Positions 1-6,605 of a stretch of 32,000 bases of DNA are shown here, piece by piece. The DNA is from Alkanindiges sp. WGS2144. Lineage in GTDB: Bacteria; Pseudomonadota; Gammaproteobacteria; Pseudomonadales; Moraxellaceae. Where the stretch lies: the NCBI RefSeq assembly GCF_043950625.1, contig NZ_CP171007.1; one strand, given 5' to 3'. The position numbers and the translations under genes are program-made. Every line of letters begins with the position of its first letter. The stretch's first letter is position 1. The notes under the pieces are model-generated. The model was not told the origin of the DNA and searched no databases. It saw only the letters and a program-made list of their open reading frames with translations.

Positions 1-1966
1 TATTGATGGTTTTGTCAACTTAATGGCACGTAAAGGCAGCCTCAGCGACCAGCAGCTTATTTATATTCAAACCATTCAAAAATCATCAGCACATCTACTG
101 GCGCTGGTTAATGACGTGCTGGATTTTTCCAAGATTGATGCCGGCAAACTGGTACTCGAGCAGGCACCTTTTGATCTGGAACAAGCCGTATTTGATGTCA
201 TCGACATGCTCTCCCCGCTCGCCTGTGAAAAGCGCATTGATATGGCGGTGTATTACTACGAAGACATGCCCAGACAGGTCAATGGTGATGCACTACGCTT
301 TAAGCAGATTTTGACCAACCTGGTGAGTAATGCGATTAAATTTACCCCGGATGGCGACATTATTGTACGGGCACGCCTGGAAGACAGTAGTGATCAGCAT
401 TATTTAATTCATGTATCGGTACAGGATAGCGGCATCGGTCTAACAGGTGCTGACCGCAAGCTGCTGTTTGAGTCTTTTTCCCAGGGTGACCCATCCGTAA
501 CCCGCCAATACGGTGGCACGGGGCTGGGGCTGGCCATTTCGCGCCAGCTGGTGCATTTAATGCAGGGTAAAATTGGCTTTGAGGATAATCAGGAGCGCCA
601 TCCTACGGACAAGGGCGCCACATTCTGGTTTACCGTGCAGCTGGGTAAAGTCATGGATGAGCAAGACCTGACGGACTGGCCAGACTTAAGTGGCTGGCAG
701 GTTCTTTCCAGTATTCAGCATCCAGCCAGCGCCAATGTGCTGCGGGGCTATTTAAGCCAGGTTCAGGTTAAACAGCAGGAAGCCCAGTCCCTGCCAGACC
801 TGTTTGGTCGCCTGAGCAATTTTGAAAAGGAGCGCCATACGCATAGCTGGGTCATTGTAGACAATGGCGGAGATACCGAAGCATTGCTGCGCGAAATCCG
901 TACTCGCTATCACGGCGCACTGGCGGTGTATGGCTACCAGATGGCACTGGATCCCGATAGCCTGAAACGCTACGATGCCGTGGCTCTATATGAACCCATG
1001 AGCCGCTCTGCCCTGATTGCCATGTTACAGCATGAACAGGTGTATCACAGCCCGCAACCGGAGTTTTCCGGGCATGGGCTGCATGTACTGGCAGTGGATG
1101 ACCACCGGCCTAACCTGATGGTGCTGGAAGCATTGCTCAATGATTTGGGAGTTGAAGTCACCAGCGCCAATAGTGGTCTGGAAGCCCTTGAACTGATTAA
1201 TATACGACACGAAACCCAGCAGCCTGCTTTTGATCTGGTGTTTATGGATATTCAAATGCCACGGATGTCCGGCATTGAAGCCACCCAGGCCATTCGCCTG
1301 CTGGAAAAAGAATGGGGCAGTCATCATCAGTCATTACCTATTGTGGCCTTGAGTGCCCATGTGTTAAGCGATGAAAAGGACAACTTGCTGGCTGCTGGCA
1401 TGAACGATTATGTCAGCAAACCCATTCAGATCAATCAGTTGATCAGGATCTTGAACCAGTGGTCCAGCCTGCCAGCTCCCGTTGAACCATCGGCTGAAGC
1501 ACCTCAACAAAGCGCCAGTACCTTTTATCCGGATGACTTTTCACCAGAAGAGTTTTATCAACCTGCCCGGGAAAACATGCAGTATGACACCCAGCCACAT
1601 ATTCTGGACTGGCCAGAAAGCCTGAGGTTATCAGCCGGTAAAGCCGAACTGGCGCAGGAGTTGCTACAGATGCTGGTTTTCAGTTTTAATGACGAAAAAC
1701 AGCATTTAAAACAGCTCATTGCACAACAGGACTATCAGGAGCTTGAGCAGCGAATTCATCGGATGTATGGCGCCACCCGTTATATTGGATTGCCCAGCCT
1801 GCAAACCATCTCCCGCGCTTTTGAAAAAATGCTTATGGAGCAGCGCAAGTCTGGCCAGCCAGCCGGTAGCAATTTTATGGAAGATATTGATATGTACTAT
1901 CAACAGCTGATTGTCGCCATGAATGAACTGGAAACCGAAGCACAAAAGGTACTTAAATCACGTTAA
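1..1966 (+). CDS. Hybrid sensor histidine kinase / response regulator with C-terminal HPt domain (BarA/GacS type), 5'-truncated by the window edge
   Basis: The frame is open from base 2 (IDGFVNL precedes the first Met), so the N-terminus lies outside the window. HisKA-like helix SAHLLALVNDVLDFSKIDAGKL. HATPase N-box LTNLVSNAIKFT, G1 DSGIGL, G2 GGTGLGLAIS. Receiver domain VLAVDDHRPN...FMDIQMPRMSG...SKP. HPt-like HRMYGATRYIG. Confidence 0.9.
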   Translation, partial: IDGFVNLMARKGSLSDQQLIYIQTIQKSSAHLLALVNDVLDFSKIDAGKLVLEQAPFDLEQAVFDVIDMLSPLACEKRIDMAVYYYEDMPRQVNGDALRFKQILTNLVSNAIKFTPDGDIIVRARLEDSSDQHYLIHVSVQDSGIGLTGADRKLLFESFSQGDPSVTRQYGGTGLGLAISRQLVHLMQGKIGFEDNQERHPTDKGATFWFTVQLGKVMDEQDLTDWPDLSGWQVLSSIQHPASANVLRGYLSQVQVKQQEAQSLPDLFGRLSNFEKERHTHSWVIVDNGGDTEALLREIRTRYHGALAVYGYQMALDPDSLKRYDAVALYEPMSRSALIAMLQHEQVYHSPQPEFSGHGLHVLAVDDHRPNLMVLEALLNDLGVEVTSANSGLEALELINIRHETQQPAFDLVFMDIQMPRMSGIEATQAIRLLEKEWGSHHQSLPIVALSAHVLSDEKDNLLAAGMNDYVSKPIQINQLIRILNQWSSLPAPVEPSAEAPQQSASTFYPDDFSPEEFYQPARENMQYDTQPHILDWPESLRLSAGKAELAQELLQMLVFSFNDEKQHLKQLIAQQDYQELEQRIHRMYGATRYIGLPSLQTISRAFEKMLMEQRKSGQPAGSNFMEDIDMYYQQLIVAMNELETEAQKVLKSR

Positions 1967-2045
1967 CGATAAACTGACCCGGTAGTCAGCTTTTGGCTGC
2001 ATTAAGCCCGTATCATCACCACAAACACAACACATGAGGTACAAC

Positions 2046-2834
2046 ATGGCACTGGTTAGCCTGACCCGTATTGGCGCAATTGCCCACGTACAATTAAACC
2101 GCCCCGAAAAGCGCAATGCCATGAGCTTTGCCTTGCTGCATGAACTGGTTAAAACCGCTAAGCACATTAAAAAAGACAAAGACATCCGGGTGGTGGTCTT
2201 ATCTGGTCAAGGTGAAGCCTTTAGTGCCGGGATTGATTTATCTGATCTCAATAATCCCAAAAACATGGCTTATGCCAGTTGGGAGCTGCTCAAGCCAGGA
2301 CAAAGTATTTTTCAAAAAGCTAACCTGATCTGGCAAACCCTGCCGGTGCCAGTGATTGCTGCCCTGCATGGTCACTGCCTGGGCGCTGGCATGCAACTGG
2401 CTTTAGGTGCCGACATCCGTATTTGCCACCCTGAATGCAAGCTATCCATTATGGAAAGCCGCTGGGGACTGGTACCAGATATGGGTCTGACCCGCTCCAT
2501 CAAGGATATTATTCCACTGGATCTGGCCAAGGAGCTAACCTTTACTGGCCGGATTTTTGATGGACAATATGCCAAGAATATTGGTCTGGTTACCCATATT
2601 AATGAAGACCCACTTGCCCATGCCATGCAGCTGGCCGAAGAACTGGTTCAGCGTTCTCCGGATGCCTTGCTTGCGGGCAAGCGGGTACTGGATGCCATGG
2701 CTCATCAGCCTCGTCGCTCATTACGGCTGGAAAAACTGTGGCAATTTAAACTGATGCTGGGCAAAAATAGCCGGATCGCCCGTATTAAGGATAAAAAACC
2801 GGAAGTGAGTTTTGAGCCGCGGCAGTTTGGGTAG
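2046..2834 (+). CDS. Enoyl-CoA hydratase/isomerase (crotonase) family protein
   Basis: Crotonase motifs AFSAGIDL and GHCLGAGMQLALGADIRI. I chose the ATG at 2046 (MALVSL...) because a GAGGT Shine-Dalgarno lies 5 nt upstream. The ORF-track start at 2034 is also possible. Confidence 0.85.
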   Translation: MALVSLTRIGAIAHVQLNRPEKRNAMSFALLHELVKTAKHIKKDKDIRVVVLSGQGEAFSAGIDLSDLNNPKNMAYASWELLKPGQSIFQKANLIWQTLPVPVIAALHGHCLGAGMQLALGADIRICHPECKLSIMESRWGLVPDMGLTRSIKDIIPLDLAKELTFTGRIFDGQYAKNIGLVTHINEDPLAHAMQLAEELVQRSPDALLAGKRVLDAMAHQPRRSLRLEKLWQFKLMLGKNSRIARIKDKKPEVSFEPRQFG

Positions 2835-2874
2835 TTAATCCAAACGATGTGTTTCCTACCCTCTGCCTATTTAT

Positions 2875-2906
2875 CAGGCCAGCTTTTCTGCTTGGCCTGT
2901 TTTTTT
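2875..2906 (+). terminator. Rho-independent terminator after the crotonase gene; marks the left edge of the AT-rich island
   Basis: caggccagc / gcttggcctg stem with one bulged base and a short loop, followed by a T7 run (2900-2906), about 40 nt after the stop codon. Confidence 0.7.
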
Positions 2907-2943
2907 ACCTGAAACGTTATTCTTTATATTCGCTTTACAAGGA

Positions 2944-2957
2944 GACACCACCTGTCA
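2944..2957 (+). promoter_or_regulatory. Copy 1 of the repeated imperfect palindrome GACA-NN-ACCTGTCA (putative operator)
   Basis: gacaccacctgtca, 50 nt upstream of the ATG at 3008. A TATACT -10-like hexamer lies at 2980-2985. Confidence 0.45.
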
Positions 2958-3007
2958 GCACTGCCTATTACCCTGTGGCTATACTTAGTAATAGACCAGG
3001 AAAAAAC

Positions 3008-3199
3008 ATGATTTGGGTAGCTTTAAATATTATTTTTGCCTTTTTAATTGCCAATTATGCTGAGCATAAAGGACAGTCTTTTATATTTTGGTGTTTACTC
3101 TCCCTAATATTTACTCCAGTAGTTGGATTAATCACCTTATTGGGAATATTGTTTGTTAAAAAGAATTTTGGAAGAAATAGAAAAAATATTAACTATTGA
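3008..3199 (+). CDS. Small membrane protein (63 aa, two predicted TM helices), hypothetical
   Basis: MIWVALNIIFAFLIANY...FIFWCLLSLIFTPVVGLITLLGILF has two hydrophobic stretches. An AGGA lies 7 nt upstream of the ATG at 3008. The longer GTG-initiated ORF from 2849 runs through the terminator hairpin and was trimmed. Confidence 0.4.
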   Translation: MIWVALNIIFAFLIANYAEHKGQSFIFWCLLSLIFTPVVGLITLLGILFVKKNFGRNRKNINY

Positions 3200-3228
3200 A
3201 ATAAAAGGTAATTAACCTCCTAGCCAGT

Positions 3229-3242
3229 GACACGACCTGTCA
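3229..3242 (+). promoter_or_regulatory. Copy 2 of the repeated palindrome (putative operator)
   Basis: gacacgacctgtca; with its flanking bases this reads as a perfect TGACA-N5-TGTCA inverted repeat. It lies 67 nt upstream of the ATG at 3310. Confidence 0.45.
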
Positions 3243-3309
3243 TCTATACAATTCACAATAACACTATTAACTAACGTCATTAAAGTAATGACTTTTTTGG
3301 AGTAAAACA

Positions 3310-3909
3310 ATGAAGGGAACCATTCTGGATTTTTCAATCCAAACCAATACAGGGATTATTTCTGGGGAAGATGGAAAGCGCTATCAATTTACAGGAAGCG
3401 AATGGAAAGAACAGCAGACGCCTCAACGCGGTATACAAGTTGATTTTGATAGCAATGAACAAGGTCAGGCTTATGGAATTTATTCTGCCTTATCCTCAAG
3501 CTCATCTCATTCTGCTTCGACCTTTCATAACCAGTCGGTAAAAACTGAAGAACAGTATCAATTTATTGACTGGTTTATTAAAGGATTAAAGAATTACGCT
3601 AATTTTGACGGGCGTGCCAGCCGCAAGGAATTCTGGTTTTTTATGCTGGGTAAATATCTAGTTTTACTGGCTTTGGCTATCATGGATGCCGTTCTTGGCA
3701 CAGAAGGAATACTACTGATATTGGGTATGGTCGGACTTGCGATACCCGAGTGGGCAGCAGGTTGTCGGCGCCTGCACGATATTGGCAAAAGTGGCTGGCT
3801 CCAATTACTGTCCATTATACCTCTTGGCATTATTATACTAATGATATGGTGGGCTAAAGAAGACGATACACATAGCAATCAGTATGGAGAGCCAACTAGA
3901 TCTCTATAA
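3310..3909 (+). CDS. DUF805 (YhaH/YhaI-like) inner-membrane protein with an extra N-terminal soluble domain
   Basis: DGRASRKEFWFFMLGKYLVLLAL followed by further TM segments and HDIGKSGW fits the DUF805 pattern as I recall it. A TGGAG Shine-Dalgarno precedes the ATG. Confidence 0.7.
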   Translation: MKGTILDFSIQTNTGIISGEDGKRYQFTGSEWKEQQTPQRGIQVDFDSNEQGQAYGIYSALSSSSSHSASTFHNQSVKTEEQYQFIDWFIKGLKNYANFDGRASRKEFWFFMLGKYLVLLALAIMDAVLGTEGILLILGMVGLAIPEWAAGCRRLHDIGKSGWLQLLSIIPLGIIILMIWWAKEDDTHSNQYGEPTRSL

Positions 3910-3917
3910 GCATTTCT

Positions 3918-3951
3918 AGCATCTACAGCAACTCGTTGTAGATGCTTATTT
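3918..3951 (+). terminator. Rho-independent terminator after the DUF805 gene
   Basis: Perfect 10-bp stem agcatctaca (3918-3927) / tgtagatgct (3937-3946) with a 9-nt loop, followed by tattt. Confidence 0.6.
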
Positions 3952-3966
3952 AAACAGGATATTTAC

Positions 3967-4569
3967 ATGAAACCTCAACCTATTGCCCTTAGTATCACCC
4001 TACTATTTACCACACTCACGTTAAACGCCTGCAATAAAGTAGGTACGGAAGCCAAAGAGAATATCCCTGAAACTCTTCAAGCGCAAAATAGCCAGCCAAG
4101 AAATGATAAAATATCACCAGTAAAATCGGTCAACACTATTGAAAATCTAATAGACGGTAAGATTAAGGATTCCATAAGTTTCTTAAATGAAGAATCCCGA
4201 CGCGCTAGCCCAGATGATGATTATTTTAAATATACTTTAAACTCAAAAAATATTATCAAATCTGACTTAAATCATGATGGGAAGCCAGACTATATTGTGG
4301 AAGCCAGTTTCTGTGAAGAAACAAGTTGCCACTCAACCACGATGACTTCTGAGTTTTATGTATTTATTATAAGTCAAAATGATCAACCACAATTTATTAC
4401 AAGCATTAATTTTGACCTGAATGCGAAAATAATAGATATCACTAAAGATGGAATTATTACAATTGAAAATCATGAATATGCGGATGATGACCCATCTTGC
4501 TGTCCCTCTATCATTAACAAACAAACTTACGCTTTAGTAGGCAAAAAATTAGCTGTATTGGCAGACTAA
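3967..4569 (+). CDS. Lipoprotein, hypothetical
   Basis: Signal peptide with lipobox LTLNAC. CAGGA Shine-Dalgarno. No recognisable catalytic motif. Confidence 0.7.
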   Translation: MKPQPIALSITLLFTTLTLNACNKVGTEAKENIPETLQAQNSQPRNDKISPVKSVNTIENLIDGKIKDSISFLNEESRRASPDDDYFKYTLNSKNIIKSDLNHDGKPDYIVEASFCEETSCHSTTMTSEFYVFIISQNDQPQFITSINFDLNAKIIDITKDGIITIENHEYADDDPSCCPSIINKQTYALVGKKLAVLAD

Positions 4570-4576
4570 TCTTTCA

Positions 4577-4620
4577 ATGGGAAATACACATGGTGCAGCC
4601 AAGTGATATTTCCCATTTTT
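4577..4620 (+). terminator. Hairpin terminator between convergent genes
   Basis: Perfect 10-bp stem atgggaaata (4577-4586) / tatttcccat (4607-4616) followed by tttt. It sits between the stops at 4569 (+) and 4622 (-). Confidence 0.6.
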
Positions 4621-4621
4621 A

Positions 4622-5197
4622 TTATTGAGTAAATGTCCAGTTACCCAAATTAGTATTAATTTGAACTTCGATAATTTTATCTAACGCACAATTATTGATA
4701 TAGCCCGTATAGGTACGGCCAAAAACCAAGTTCACTGGCATTGGTCTTGAGTTATCAATGGCACTACACTGGCCGCGGTTCAGGATCACTTTTTCAATAG
4801 TGACCCGATCTGTAATAGCCTGAATTTCTATCATGCCTAAACCATACTCTGCCCAGACAGGATTAAGTTTTAACTCAAAACGCACTGGAGATTTTTCTGA
4901 AGCTGGCAAGGTTTCTTCGAAAATATTTTCCTCAGAAAGATTAAAATCATCTTGATCAAATCGGGCTAAACCTTCTGCACTATATGGTTCATCAGATTCA
5001 ACATTGATAGAATCTTTTTGCTGGATGACATCTGTTTTTACAACTGAGCTCTCCTCCTGCTCATTTTTTGATATGTCTTGACAGCCACCAACCAGCAAAA
5101 GACTTGCTAAAAAATATGCCACTCTTATCTTATAGCTATATGCACTGCCTGTATAAATAGCCTGCTTAATAGTGAAATTTTTCATCATTTTATCCAT
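4622..5197 (-). CDS. Lipoprotein, hypothetical
   Basis: Lipobox LLLVGGC after a hydrophobic h-region. Several in-frame Met starts (MDKMMK) leave the exact start uncertain. It lies 15 nt downstream of the 5213-5752 gene and is probably co-transcribed with it. Confidence 0.65.
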   Translation of the reverse strand: MDKMMKNFTIKQAIYTGSAYSYKIRVAYFLASLLLVGGCQDISKNEQEESSVVKTDVIQQKDSINVESDEPYSAEGLARFDQDDFNLSEENIFEETLPASEKSPVRFELKLNPVWAEYGLGMIEIQAITDRVTIEKVILNRGQCSAIDNSRPMPVNLVFGRTYTGYINNCALDKIIEVQINTNLGNWTFTQ

Positions 5198-5212
5198 CTG
5201 CTCTAATTATAG

Positions 5213-5752
5213 TTATGAATATGAGTGGCAATATTGCTGCTCACCAAATGGCTCATCATAGCCCAAACTCATTACAGATACTTTTTGGCTTTTTAGCTGT
5301 TGCGTGGTTAGTTCGCCACCCCATACATTGAAAATTACATTGATGGAACCTTCAGGGCCACTTCTGACCACATAATCTGCAATCATGCCCTCACCCCAGC
5401 CTTCATGATAACAGCCGTATTTCAGCTTTTTCTCAATGGTATGAATGCTTTCCTGATTAAGAAAAATTTTTATGCCGTGAGTATATAAATAATCTGTAGT
5501 AGCTTTACCACTAAGTGTTGCATTACTTAATCCATACTGGTCAAAACTTGCTGCAACACTATTGCCGTTTTTTAATTGCCATATTATTAAGCCAGCGTTT
5601 TTTTCTGTGGGTTTTCCCAACTTTTTTATGACAGTTGATAAAGCGTCTCCTACAGTCAGTTTGACCCCGTTGGTAGAGATAAAATCCTCTGCAAGGACAG
5701 AAGTTGTGCCAGCAAGCAAACCCACTAATAAAACAGATTTTGTTAACTTCAC
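5213..5752 (-). CDS. Secreted protein, hypothetical
   Basis: Sec-type signal peptide MKLTKSVLLVGLLAGTTSVLA/EDF. No recognised domain. Confidence 0.65.
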   Translation of the reverse strand: MKLTKSVLLVGLLAGTTSVLAEDFISTNGVKLTVGDALSTVIKKLGKPTEKNAGLIIWQLKNGNSVAASFDQYGLSNATLSGKATTDYLYTHGIKIFLNQESIHTIEKKLKYGCYHEGWGEGMIADYVVRSGPEGSINVIFNVWGGELTTQQLKSQKVSVMSLGYDEPFGEQQYCHSYS

Positions 5753-5812
5753 CTTAAAGCCCCTTTATTTAAATATCATTTATTGATGAGGCTTTATTAT
5801 TGAATATAGCGT

Positions 5813-5826
5813 GGACAGGTGATGTC
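5813..5826 (-). promoter_or_regulatory. Copy 3 of the repeated palindrome (putative operator)
   Basis: The plus strand reads ggacaggtgatgtc and the minus strand GACATCACCTGTCC. It lies 60 nt upstream of the minus-strand start at 5752 and 32 nt past the HEPN gene stop. Confidence 0.45.
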
Positions 5827-5858
5827 TATGCCAGTGTAAAATATACCTCCCTATGTAA

Positions 5859-6521
5859 TCAATCATTTTTAATTACGGGGTAAAAAGGTTTACCCCATGT
5901 TATATCATCTGGATTTTGCAGCATTACTCTTAGCATCTCAGGAATAAGTGTAGACAAGATATGACAGGCATCTTTGAGTTGACTACGGTTTACTGTACTA
6001 TTAAATGTTGCTCCCCCATGAATAATTTGATTGCGCAAGGTATATAGATGATTAAAAACAGCTATTAAAATTTCAGGTGTATCTTTTTGAACTAAAGCAT
6101 TCAACGCTTTTTTCTGATTTTTTTCAAAACTTTCTAACCATATCTGCTCTGCGATTAAACCATTGTGGTAATCCCAAAATGGCTGAAAGGTAAATTGATT
6201 ATTCAGTAAAATACGGATACTGCCTGAAAATGTATGCCATACAGAGTGATAGATTTTCTGTTCTTTATCTAAATGACAGATACGATGGATAAACTGTACA
6301 AATAGACCTTTATCCGCACTACGTAAACCTGCCCCTAAATCTTTGGCGTATACTGCATTAAAGGCTATCCATAAAGCGATAAACTGTGTATCTATATCAT
6401 GTCCCTGTTGTGCTTGTTCGGCACATTGCAGCCAGCTTAATGAGCGATGCATTCGTAGACGAAAATCTTCATTAAATTGTTCACGATTTTTTTTAAAGGT
6501 GTTTTGAATAGTTGATAGCAC
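5859..6521 (-). CDS. HEPN-superfamily protein (predicted RNase-type effector)
   Basis: Rx4H motif in ...LYTLRNQIIHGGATF... (about 6015-6041) near the C-terminal third of a predicted all-helical 220-aa protein. It is the last gene of the cluster. Confidence 0.6.
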   Translation of the reverse strand: MLSTIQNTFKKNREQFNEDFRLRMHRSLSWLQCAEQAQQGHDIDTQFIALWIAFNAVYAKDLGAGLRSADKGLFVQFIHRICHLDKEQKIYHSVWHTFSGSIRILLNNQFTFQPFWDYHNGLIAEQIWLESFEKNQKKALNALVQKDTPEILIAVFNHLYTLRNQIIHGGATFNSTVNRSQLKDACHILSTLIPEMLRVMLQNPDDITWGKPFYPVIKND

Positions 6522-6567
6522 ATTCTTACCTTAATGATTTAAATAGATTATGTTTACTCTAAGAATC

Positions 6568-6600
6568 AGAAATGCCACACTTCACAAGTATGGCATTTCT
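6568..6600 (-). other. Intergenic stem-loop between the Hsp70-like and HEPN genes (possible attenuator or processing site)
   Basis: Perfect 10-bp stem agaaatgcca (6568-6577) / tggcatttct (6591-6600) with a 13-nt loop. There is no good U-tract on the minus strand, so it is not a canonical terminator. Confidence 0.4.
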
Positions 6601-6605
6601 ATTCC

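Noticed and set aside
1974-1993. Possible terminator after the sensor kinase gene (ctgac...gtcag + ctttt)
   Set aside because: The stem is only 5 bp with a weak U-tract, which is too marginal to call.
2849-3007. N-terminal extension of the small membrane ORF (GTG start at 2849)
   Set aside because: The extension runs straight through the crotonase terminator hairpin and T-run and through palindrome copy 1. The internal ATG at 3008, with an AGGA Shine-Dalgarno, is more plausible.
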